Source: Candidatus Ancillula hodotermitis
Lineage (GTDB): Bacteria > Actinomycetota > Actinomycetes > Actinomycetales > Bifidobacteriaceae
Direction: 5' to 3'
Length of the DNA: 64,000 bases
NCBI GenBank assembly: GCA_031262545.1
Contig: JAISHP010000104.1
Coordinates: 1,209-65,208, forward strand
The translations under genes were made by a program, and so were the position numbers. This document shows positions 27,986-36,937 of this stretch, in pieces (position 1 is the stretch's first letter; the number at the start of each line of letters is the position of its first letter). The notes beneath the pieces were generated by a model. It was given only the letters and a program-made list of their open reading frames with translations, did no database searches and was not told the origin of the DNA.

Positions 27986-29464
27986 TTAACTTTTCTTTGC
28001 TTTTCTTTCTAAAAAGTTTGCTAATTTAGTTAAAGCTGTAATTACTACAAAATACATAATCGCTATAATTAAATATACTTTAAATCCTTGGAAATTACGT
28101 GCGATAATAATCTTTCCTGTTTGAAGAAGTTCAATTAAACCAATTACTGAAAGAATTGTTGTGTCTTTTAAAGAAATTACAAATTGATTAATGAAACTTG
28201 GCATCATAATTCTTATACCTTGAGGTAAAATTACATGTCCCATAACCCAAGGTTTAGTCATACCTAAAGCGTAAGCTGCTTCCTTTTGACCTTTAGGAAC
28301 AGCTTGAATTCCAGAACGAACAATTTCAGTTAAATAAGCCGAAGCATTAAGAGTTAATGCTAATAAACCTGCAAAAAATTCATCTAGCGGGTGACCAACT
28401 ACTTGTGGAATGCCATAGAAAATGAAGAAAACTAAAACCATTAAAGGAATCCCCCTAATTACATCAACATAAACTCTAACAATACCTCTGGCAATAATTT
28501 TTTTCGATACTGCCATAACTCCAAAAACTAAAGCTATAATTATTCCAAAGACAAAAGAAAGTAATGCTAATTCTATTGTTTGCCAAAGACCGTTTAATAA
28601 TTGTTTCCAATTTACTTCAATCAAACCAGAATAAGTTGACTCATCAATTTTACTACTATTTGTATTGGCAGTATTACCTGTATAGTTATCTATAATTTGT
28701 TGATAAGTTCCATTTTCTTTAATTTGTTTCAGTCCATCATTAAACATATCAAGCAATTCTTGATTTTTTCCTTTAGCAACTGCAAAACCATAATCTCCAG
28801 ATTTTTCACCCGGAATTGATTCTGGAACTACAAAATCTCTTCCTTGAGCAATTGCATATTCCAAAACCGGTGCATCATCCATCATAGCATAAATCGAACC
28901 TATATCTAAAGAATTATACATTTCGTCACCACTGTCAAAACTTTTAAGAGTATAACCATATTCACTAGCATGATCTTGAAGCCATTGGTGAGACGCTGTT
29001 CCAATTTTTGCTCCAACACTTTTACCTGCTAAATCAGAATATGAATTTACATTTTTTTCATTACTCTTTTTTACACCTAAAATTGTATCAGCTGCATAAT
29101 AGGAATCAGAAAAATCTAAAACTTTTTTCCTTTCATCTGTTATAGAACAGGCTGCCATTACACCATCAGCTTGCCCTGACTGAACACCTTGAATAGCAGC
29201 TTCAAATCCAGGATATTTTAATTCAACTTCAAAACCCTCAATTGCTGCTATTTTTTTTATTATATCAACATCTATACCAATATATTGGCCACTTTGATCT
29301 TGAAATTCAAATGGGGCAAATGTTGAATCCATCCATATTTTATATTTTTTTGTGTCTGCTTTTGAATTGTTTGTTAACCCTAACATTGGCATTACAAAAA
29401 CAATCCCTAAAAGGACAATTATTTGGCTTACTATTAATTTTTTTATAATTTCTTTAGCTCTCAT
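27986..29464 (-). CDS. Amino-acid ABC transporter, fused substrate-binding domain + permease (second copy)
   Basis: 492 aa with the same architecture. EAA-like loop is AAYALGMTKPWVMGHVILPQGIR. TATAAT at 29473-29478 lies 8 nt upstream of the ATG. Confidence 0.8.
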   Translation of the reverse strand: MRAKEIIKKLIVSQIIVLLGIVFVMPMLGLTNNSKADTKKYKIWMDSTFAPFEFQDQSGQYIGIDVDIIKKIAAIEGFEVELKYPGFEAAIQGVQSGQADGVMAACSITDERKKVLDFSDSYYAADTILGVKKSNEKNVNSYSDLAGKSVGAKIGTASHQWLQDHASEYGYTLKSFDSGDEMYNSLDIGSIYAMMDDAPVLEYAIAQGRDFVVPESIPGEKSGDYGFAVAKGKNQELLDMFNDGLKQIKENGTYQQIIDNYTGNTANTNSSKIDESTYSGLIEVNWKQLLNGLWQTIELALLSFVFGIIIALVFGVMAVSKKIIARGIVRVYVDVIRGIPLMVLVFFIFYGIPQVVGHPLDEFFAGLLALTLNASAYLTEIVRSGIQAVPKGQKEAAYALGMTKPWVMGHVILPQGIRIMMPSFINQFVISLKDTTILSVIGLIELLQTGKIIIARNFQGFKVYLIIAIMYFVVITALTKLANFLERKAKKS

Positions 29465-29519
29465 TTATTAACATTATACAGTTTTGCTATATTTTAGATA
29501 ATTTTGAGTGATAAATAAA

Positions 29520-30833
29520 TTACAAAGTGTAATCGTGTCTCCAATTTTTATCTGTTAAAAATCTCGCTATAACTAAGCCAACCACCATTGCTAAAATTGT
29601 CGCAAAAGCTTTTGAGCCATAATTTAAAGCTGAGACAGCGTTTTGATTTAATAAATCATATGACATCCTAAACAACCAAGAACCAGGAATCATAATCAAT
29701 ACTCCTGGAACTGAAAGGGTGATGCGAGTAAAATCAAAAAATTTGACAATTACTGTCGCAGCTAGACCAACAAATAATGTAGCTAAAATTGTAGCTAAAA
29801 AATATGACATTTTAAAATCAATTAAAATTAGTCGACCCATATTAGCAAAACCGCCAATTAAACCTGCCCAAAGGGCTGTTTTCATATTTGAATTAAACAT
29901 TAGAGAAAACCCAAAAACACCTAAACCGCTCATTAAAAATCTAAAAAAAGTGAATAACACATAGTTTCCAGAAAAAGGTGTTGTTAAATCTGTAATTTTT
30001 AATCCAATTAAAATTGCAAAAGAAGCACCTATAGTTGTAGCACAAAGAATAATTGCTATCGCGTAAACTAAACGTTGAATTCCTGCAGAAAAATCCATTT
30101 TAGCAATATCTAAACCTCCGGTAATTAATGGAAATCCAGGGATAACAAACAACAAAGCCCCAACAAAACCCGAAAGCTGCTCCCCTGAGTTCATCTGAAA
30201 ACAATTAATTAAAATTGGAATATGGCTAAAAGACACCCAAAGTAGAACATAGAATATTTCAGCAACACAAACTGCCAAACTATTAACAATAAATTGATTA
30301 TATTTTCTCTTTAGCATTATTTTTCTTGACAAATGTCCCAAAAACGAACCTACAAAAGCTCCAAACATTTCGAATATTGTTCCTCCTATACAAAATGTAA
30401 AACCTACACAAGCAACTGCAGCCCAAAGAGCAGAAAACCAAATGTTCCAAAGAGGTTTTGAATTTTGAATTTTGGTTAATTCAGTCGAAATACAATCAAT
30501 TGTGTGATTATATTTTTTTTCTTTTAAGCCTTTTGTCAAATTACCAATTAATCTAATCTTGTTAGAATCTACACCAACAGAACTAATTGTATTTACCTCA
30601 GAATTAAACAAATGTCCATCGCCTTTTTTTACATGGCAGGTTGAATTAATTTCTGTTAAAGTGACTAATGCTTTATTTGAAATTCCTAAAGCGTTTGCAA
30701 TTATCCTCATTACAGATTTAACCCTATAACTACCCATCCCAGTAGATAAAGACATTAATCCTGCACGCATTACTACTTCAGCTTGTTCGTGCAAGCAAAC
30801 CTCAGGAGATTGTTGATTATTAGTTATTGTCAT
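29520..30833 (-). CDS. ThrE-family (DUF1212 + DUF3815) putative threonine/serine exporter
   Basis: 437-aa membrane protein in two parts: a soluble-looking N-terminus followed by about 10 TM helices. The family call is from architecture and memory. Confidence 0.55.
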   Translation of the reverse strand: MTITNNQQSPEVCLHEQAEVVMRAGLMSLSTGMGSYRVKSVMRIIANALGISNKALVTLTEINSTCHVKKGDGHLFNSEVNTISSVGVDSNKIRLIGNLTKGLKEKKYNHTIDCISTELTKIQNSKPLWNIWFSALWAAVACVGFTFCIGGTIFEMFGAFVGSFLGHLSRKIMLKRKYNQFIVNSLAVCVAEIFYVLLWVSFSHIPILINCFQMNSGEQLSGFVGALLFVIPGFPLITGGLDIAKMDFSAGIQRLVYAIAIILCATTIGASFAILIGLKITDLTTPFSGNYVLFTFFRFLMSGLGVFGFSLMFNSNMKTALWAGLIGGFANMGRLILIDFKMSYFLATILATLFVGLAATVIVKFFDFTRITLSVPGVLIMIPGSWLFRMSYDLLNQNAVSALNYGSKAFATILAMVVGLVIARFLTDKNWRHDYTL

Positions 30834-30870
30834 CTATTACTTCTGAAGAATTTTCGACCTTACTTTTTGC

Positions 30871-33510
30871 TTAGTCTTTTCCTTCAGTATTGTTTTCAAC
30901 AGATTCAGCTGCTTCGCGCTTTTCTCTTTCTTCTCTTTGAGCGTCAGTTTCTGGCAAATCTCTTTCAAAATTTCTCGCTACGCTAAGTATTTTATCGTCT
31001 TTTCCTGGTTTAGCAAAAGTAACACCTTGCGTATTTCTCCCACTCTCACGAATTTGATCAACACTAGAGCGCAAAATCATTCCTGATTCCATAATCACCA
31101 AAAGTTCATCATTTGCTTTTGTAACTAAAGCTCCGACTAAATCACCCTTCTTTTCAGAAATAGATGCCACTTTAACACCTTTAGTTCCACGTCCTTTGAT
31201 TGGATATTCAGAAAGTTTTGTTCTTTTAGCATACCCTTCTTCAGTTACAGTAATTAAATCAAGATCATTACCTTCTGGATCTAAACTATCTACAGGTGCA
31301 ATTGAAGCTGAAAGAAGCTCATCTCCAGGATTAAACTTAATTCCTCTTACCCCTCCTGCTGTTCTTCCCATTGTTCTAATTCTATCTTCTGAAAGTTCAA
31401 AGCGCACAGCTTGTCCTTTTTTAGAAACGAGAACGATTGTGTCATCATCTCTACAAAGAGAAACATCAACGATTTCATCTTTTAGGCCTTCTTCATCTTC
31501 ACGCAAAGTTAGTGCTTTAATTCCGCTTTGACGAATATTTTGATATTCTTCTAAACTTGTTTTTTTAACAATTCCTCGTTTAGTTGCGAAAACAAGATAT
31601 TTTGCATCTTCAAATGTATCTTTATCAAAATCCATTACTTGAGCAATTTTTTCTTCAGGTGGTAATTGTAATATATTTGCAATATGTTGACCTTTAGAAT
31701 CACGTCCTCCTTCAGGAAGTTCATAACCTTTAATTTTGAAAACTCGCCCTTCAGTTGTAAAGAATAAAAGAGGATGGTGAGTTGTTGTGACAAAGAAATT
31801 TTGAACAGCATCATCTTCTCTGAGCTTTGTCCCTTTCATTCCCTTTCCACCTCGATTTTGCAAACGATAATTATCAGAACGTGTTCGTTTAATATATCCA
31901 CCTTTAGTCAAAGTTACAACGATTTCTTCTTCTGGAATTAATGCCTCATTATCAACATCATTTCCACCAGGAATAATTACTGTTCTACGGTCATCGCCAT
32001 AGCGTTTAATAATATCAATTAATTCATCTTTGACAATTGTTCTTTGTCTTTCTGGTTTAGCTAAAATATCTTCATAATCTTCAACCTTGCGAGTTAATTC
32101 ATCATACTCATCTTGAATTTTTTGACGCTCCAAAGCTGCTAAACGACTTAATTGCATAGCTAAAATTGCTCTTGCTTGAACATCGTCAATTTCTAAAAAC
32201 TTAATTAATTCTTGGCGTGCTATATCTACTGTTCTTGAAGCGCGAATTAGTCTGATTACTTCTTCAATAGCATCTAAAGCTTTTAAATAACCTTCCAGAA
32301 TGTGTTGACGATCTTTTGCCTCCCGCAATAAATATTGAGTTCTGCGACAAATTACATCAATTTGATGATCCACCCAATTAGTTATAAATTGCTCAATATT
32401 TAATGTTCTAGGAACTCCATCAACAAGAGCCAACATATTTGCACCAAAAGTTTCTTGAAGTTGAGTGTGTTTATAAAGATTATTTAATACAACCTTTGCA
32501 ACAGCGTCTTTTTTAAGAACAATAACTAAACGGGTTCCTGTTCTTCCAGAAGTTTCATCATGCATGTTTGCAATCCCAGGAATAGATCCATCTTTAGCTT
32601 TTTCTTGAACTTTACGAGCAACATTATCTGGATTAACTTGATAAGGTAATTCAGTCACAACCAAACAAGTCCTACCTTTAATTTCTTCAATATTTACAAC
32701 AGAACGCATTATTATATGCCCACGCCCTGTTCTGTAGGCATCTTCAATTCCTTTATGTCCAACTATTAACGCCCCAGTTGGAAAATCCGGTCCTTTAACA
32801 ATTTCAATAGCTTTTTCTAATTTTTCTTCAGCACTTGCTTCTGGATTATCTAAAAACCAAATTGCAGCTTCTCCAACTTCACGCAAATTATGAGTTGGAA
32901 TTTTTGTTGCCATACCAACTGCAATTCCTTCTGCCCCGTTTACTAAAAGGTTTGGAAAACGAGAAGGCAAAACTGTTGGTTCCATATTTTTACCATCATA
33001 ATTCGGCTCAAAATCAACAACTTCTTTATCAATATCTTTAACCATTTCCATAGCTAAATTATTCATACGACACTCAGTATAACGAGGAGCAGCAGCTCCA
33101 TCATCACCAGGAGATCCGAAATTCCCTTGTCCATCAACCAATGGATAACGCAACGACCAAGGTTGAGCTAAACGAACTAAAGTGTCATAAATTGCAGAAT
33201 CACCATGTGGATGATATTTTCCCATAGTGTCACCAACAACACGAGAACATTTATTATAACCACGATCTGGGCGATAGCCACCATCATACATCGCATAAAT
33301 TACTCTGCGGTGAACTGGTTTTAGTCCATCTTTAACATCTGGAAGTGCACGACCAACAATAACAGACATAGCATAATCAAGATAACTTGTTTGCATTTCT
33401 TCTTGCAAGTTAACTTGCATAATTCTACCGTGAACAATTGGATTCCCATCTTCATCCAACATTAAGCCATCTTCGTTACGACCGTTCTCGTCTACGTTAT
33501 TTTCTGCCAT
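30871..33510 (-). CDS. gyrA: DNA gyrase subunit A
   Basis: 879 aa. Motifs GRALPDVKDGLKPVHRR and YHPHGD, a C-terminal beta-pinwheel repeat region and an acidic tail. TATAAT at 33519-33524 lies 8 nt upstream of the ATG. Confidence 0.93.
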   Translation of the reverse strand: MAENNVDENGRNEDGLMLDEDGNPIVHGRIMQVNLQEEMQTSYLDYAMSVIVGRALPDVKDGLKPVHRRVIYAMYDGGYRPDRGYNKCSRVVGDTMGKYHPHGDSAIYDTLVRLAQPWSLRYPLVDGQGNFGSPGDDGAAAPRYTECRMNNLAMEMVKDIDKEVVDFEPNYDGKNMEPTVLPSRFPNLLVNGAEGIAVGMATKIPTHNLREVGEAAIWFLDNPEASAEEKLEKAIEIVKGPDFPTGALIVGHKGIEDAYRTGRGHIIMRSVVNIEEIKGRTCLVVTELPYQVNPDNVARKVQEKAKDGSIPGIANMHDETSGRTGTRLVIVLKKDAVAKVVLNNLYKHTQLQETFGANMLALVDGVPRTLNIEQFITNWVDHQIDVICRRTQYLLREAKDRQHILEGYLKALDAIEEVIRLIRASRTVDIARQELIKFLEIDDVQARAILAMQLSRLAALERQKIQDEYDELTRKVEDYEDILAKPERQRTIVKDELIDIIKRYGDDRRTVIIPGGNDVDNEALIPEEEIVVTLTKGGYIKRTRSDNYRLQNRGGKGMKGTKLREDDAVQNFFVTTTHHPLLFFTTEGRVFKIKGYELPEGGRDSKGQHIANILQLPPEEKIAQVMDFDKDTFEDAKYLVFATKRGIVKKTSLEEYQNIRQSGIKALTLREDEEGLKDEIVDVSLCRDDDTIVLVSKKGQAVRFELSEDRIRTMGRTAGGVRGIKFNPGDELLSASIAPVDSLDPEGNDLDLITVTEEGYAKRTKLSEYPIKGRGTKGVKVASISEKKGDLVGALVTKANDELLVIMESGMILRSSVDQIRESGRNTQGVTFAKPGKDDKILSVARNFERDLPETDAQREEREKREAAESVENNTEGKD

Positions 33511-33527
33511 ACCCTTATATTATACCT

Positions 33528-34394
33528 CTAAAATGCCTTGTTTTCTCTATCTTCTATGTAGCCCAACCCAAAAGATCTAATCCCTGGTGTGTCTATAACC
33601 CAACTATTTTCCATATTTTTAACTTGAAAAGCTTGGGATGATGTTGAAGTGTGCCGCCCATCACCATTTATAGAAACCTCATTTGTTTCTCTTTTTTCAC
33701 CTGTTATAACACCAAAATCTAACATTTTGTTTATTAAAGTTGATTTTCCCACTCCTGAAAGTCCAATAAATACTGTAATCTTATTTTGAAGAATTTGTTT
33801 TATCTCTTCTATTTCAGTAGATTTGATAATTTTTATTTTGTTTAAGTCTATTGGTTTTATAAAATTTTCATTTAAATCCGTCTTGGTAATTATTATATAT
33901 GGTTTAATTTTAGAAAACTCGCAAGCTTTTAAAACTCTATTTACAAAATCTGGTTGAGGATCTGGATTCTTAGTTGCAATTAAAATAAAAGCTTGTTGAC
34001 AATTAGCAGCAATTATTTTTTCAAAAGTATTTTTATCATCTGTTGTTCTTTTTAGCACTGTTTTTCTTGGTAGAATTTCTTTAATTTGTCCTAAAATTTC
34101 AGTTCCAGCTTGGGTTTTAATTGAAATTTTCACCAAATCTCCAGGAACAATATCTAAGTTTCTAATCTCTGAAGCTCTTGAACAAATTATATTTTGATCG
34201 ATTTGATTATTTTTAATTAAAACTTGATATCTACCTCTTGCAGCATTTAAAACAAATCCGATTGGTAAGTTCTTTGTTGATGGACGCCTTTTTGTCCTTG
34301 GTTTAGAAGTATGTTTTGTGTTTGCTCGAATATTACCATTTCTTTCTTCTTGTCTAGCAAAATGATTTTCGTAAAATTCTGTATTAATCACCAT
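33528..34394 (-). CDS. rsgA: Ribosome small-subunit-dependent GTPase A, lacking the C-terminal zinc-finger domain
   Basis: 288 aa with a basic N-terminal extension and an OB-like segment. Circularly permuted GTPase motifs: TKTDL (G4), GLSGVGKST (G1), DTPG (G3). The protein ends 17 aa after G3. Confidence 0.75.
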   Translation of the reverse strand: MVINTEFYENHFARQEERNGNIRANTKHTSKPRTKRRPSTKNLPIGFVLNAARGRYQVLIKNNQIDQNIICSRASEIRNLDIVPGDLVKISIKTQAGTEILGQIKEILPRKTVLKRTTDDKNTFEKIIAANCQQAFILIATKNPDPQPDFVNRVLKACEFSKIKPYIIITKTDLNENFIKPIDLNKIKIIKSTEIEEIKQILQNKITVFIGLSGVGKSTLINKMLDFGVITGEKRETNEVSINGDGRHTSTSSQAFQVKNMENSWVIDTPGIRSFGLGYIEDRENKAF

Positions 34395-34413
34395 TATAAA
34401 AAATATTTAATAC

Positions 34414-36441
34414 TTAACTATAGATTCTTCTCTCTATAATATCCGAAAAGTTTTCTAATATTTTATGTCGCCTAATTTTAAGAGATGGTGTTAACATTTC
34501 ATTTGCTTCTGTAAATTGATTAGGTATTAAGACAAACTTTCTAATCGATTCAGCACGAGAAACTAAAAGATTGGCTTTATCTACTGATCTTTGAATTTCG
34601 GCAATTATCGCCGGATTTTCACAAGCTTCTTCTAATGATAAATCTGGTATCTCTGAATTAATTTCATTCCAATTTTTAACTTCTTCTGGATCTAAACTAA
34701 TTAAAGCTGAAACAAAACGTTTTTTGTCTCCAATTACAACAGTATTATTAACTAGTTTATTACTGTCAATTAGTGCTTCCATAGGTCCTGGTGATACATT
34801 TTTCCCACCAGCTGTTACAATAATTTCTTTTTTACGACCTGTAATATAAATATAGCCTTCTTTATCAATTTTAGCTATATCCCCAGTTAAAATCCATTTA
34901 GGTTGTAAATCTTTAAGATTTACGCTTCCTGATTCGAATTGTTGATCTTTTAATACACTTTGAGTGTCAGAAAGTTCTTGAATTTGTTTGTTTGAAATCA
35001 GTGTTTCCTTAGTTAGCTTATCATTATTATTATAACCATCAAAGATAAACCCGGCATTAATTAACAGTTCTCCATCTTTAGCTATTTTAACTTTAACTCC
35101 AGGAAGAGGTAACCCAATTGAACCAATTTTGTTAGCGTAAGGCAGATTTACAGAAATTGGAGCGACTGTTTCTGTCATCCCATACCCTTCACAAATCACT
35201 ATTCCCGCTCCTCTAAAGAAATGTGCTATTTCCTTATTTAATGGAGCACCGCCGGAAATACAAAATTCTACAGACCCTCCTAGAACTTCACGTAATTTAG
35301 AATAAACCAAAGGATCAAAAAACATTCTTCTGGCTTGCAAAATTTTTAAATGAGGACTATTTTTGCCAAACACATCTAATCCTTTTGAATATTCAATTGC
35401 TGCCTCTGTTGCTTTTTTAAATACTGTTTTGGCTGGTCCTTTTCCTGCTTTGTGGCTTGCAGCATTATAAACTTTTTCAAAAATTCTAGGAACACCTAGC
35501 AGAACTGTTGGTTTAAAATCTTGTAAATCCGTTAAAAGTTCTTTGATATTAGGAGATAGGCCCATCACTGTTTTTTCGCCCCAAAGCAGAGCATAACAAA
35601 TCATTCTTGCAAAAACATGTGCTAGTGGCAAAAATAATAATAGTTTTTGAACATTTTCTGGATTATGTAAAACAAAAGGTAAGCCTAACCCGCAATCTTT
35701 AACAATTGCAACATAATTTTTATGTAAAATTCGCACACCTTTAGGAATTCCAGTTGATCCTGAAGTGTAAACTATTGAGGCTAAACTGTTAGCTTTTATC
35801 GATTTTTTTCTACTTTCTAATTCTTGATCTGAAATTTTTTCGCCCAAAACAACAATTTCATTTAAAACATTTTTATCAAAAATTTTAGTTTCTATTGTTT
35901 TAATTCCTGCTAATTCAAAATTAACTGCTATTTGCTCATTTTCAACAAACCCAAATTTAAATTTTGAATCGTTTCTAATATATTTGATTTGCTCGGCTGA
36001 GCTTGTTTCATATATTGGAATTGTCACAGCACCTGCGCTGTATATTGCTAAATCTAAAAGAACCCATTCAAAGCAAGTGTGTGAACAAATTGCTACTTTA
36101 TCTCCTTTTTTTATTCCTAAAGCAATTAAACCTTTGGCCACTTGATTAATTTTATTTTGAAATTCGATTGCTGAAATTTTAACAAATTTTTCAGCTTTTT
36201 TGTATTCAATAATTACATCATTTGGATAAGTTTTTACTCTTTCATTTAATAAAGATAATACAGACTCATCTTCTTTTACTTTATACCCTTGTGGAATATT
36301 ATATTGGTTATAATTTTTTTCTTCTTTCGGTAAAATAAAATTTGATAAATCTTTGGTTTTATTAATTACAGTATTTTCTATGTTTTTCCCGATATTTTGT
36401 ATTCTATTTAAAGTTAATCCTGTTAAATCTATTAATTTCAT
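34414..36441 (-). CDS. AMP-dependent long-chain acyl-CoA synthetase/ligase
   Basis: 675 aa. AMP-binding motif YTSGSTGIPKG, then GYGMTET and TGDIAKIDKEGYIYITGRKKE. Confidence 0.85.
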   Translation of the reverse strand: MKLIDLTGLTLNRIQNIGKNIENTVINKTKDLSNFILPKEEKNYNQYNIPQGYKVKEDESVLSLLNERVKTYPNDVIIEYKKAEKFVKISAIEFQNKINQVAKGLIALGIKKGDKVAICSHTCFEWVLLDLAIYSAGAVTIPIYETSSAEQIKYIRNDSKFKFGFVENEQIAVNFELAGIKTIETKIFDKNVLNEIVVLGEKISDQELESRKKSIKANSLASIVYTSGSTGIPKGVRILHKNYVAIVKDCGLGLPFVLHNPENVQKLLLFLPLAHVFARMICYALLWGEKTVMGLSPNIKELLTDLQDFKPTVLLGVPRIFEKVYNAASHKAGKGPAKTVFKKATEAAIEYSKGLDVFGKNSPHLKILQARRMFFDPLVYSKLREVLGGSVEFCISGGAPLNKEIAHFFRGAGIVICEGYGMTETVAPISVNLPYANKIGSIGLPLPGVKVKIAKDGELLINAGFIFDGYNNNDKLTKETLISNKQIQELSDTQSVLKDQQFESGSVNLKDLQPKWILTGDIAKIDKEGYIYITGRKKEIIVTAGGKNVSPGPMEALIDSNKLVNNTVVIGDKKRFVSALISLDPEEVKNWNEINSEIPDLSLEEACENPAIIAEIQRSVDKANLLVSRAESIRKFVLIPNQFTEANEMLTPSLKIRRHKILENFSDIIERRIYS

Positions 36442-36929
36442 TATTTCTCACTTGTATTAGATCTTTTACGGTTTGTTTTTTTTGTTCTAGCTGCCCGAAG
36501 TTTTTTAATTTCCTTCTCAAAATCAGCAAGCCTTTCATAATTATTATACACACTTGCAAAACGTAAATAAGCAACATCATCAATTTCTTCAAGGTATTTT
36601 AATAATGTTAGTCCTATATCATAAGAATCAATTTGTGAGACCCCTTTTGAACGAATATCATCTTCAACTTTTGCTGCTAATTCGTGCAAATCTTCTTTTT
36701 CTATTGGTCTACCTTGAAAAGCTTTTCTAACTCCTCCATAAAGCTTGTCTTTATTAAACTCTTCTCTTTTTCCAGATCGTTTAATAACCATTAAAGATGT
36801 TGTTTCAAGTGTAGAATATCTTTTCCCACATTTCGTGCATTTTCTGCGTCTTTTTATAGACAGCCCATCTTCTGATATTCTTGAATCTATTACTTTCGAC
36901 TCATTATTTTTACAAAATGGGCAATGCAT
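36441..36929 (-). CDS. nrdR: Transcriptional repressor NrdR
   Basis: 162 aa. N-terminal zinc ribbon MHCPFC...CTKCGKR followed by an ATP-cone. Confidence 0.9.
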   Translation of the reverse strand: MHCPFCKNNESKVIDSRISEDGLSIKRRRKCTKCGKRYSTLETTSLMVIKRSGKREEFNKDKLYGGVRKAFQGRPIEKEDLHELAAKVEDDIRSKGVSQIDSYDIGLTLLKYLEEIDDVAYLRFASVYNNYERLADFEKEIKKLRAARTKKTNRKRSNTSEK

Positions 36930-36937
36930 TTTTCCTC

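Noticed and set aside
36404-36592. A 62-aa ORF spanning the junction of nrdR and the acyl-CoA ligase gene.
   Set aside because: It overlaps both well-supported genes out of frame and has no independent signal.
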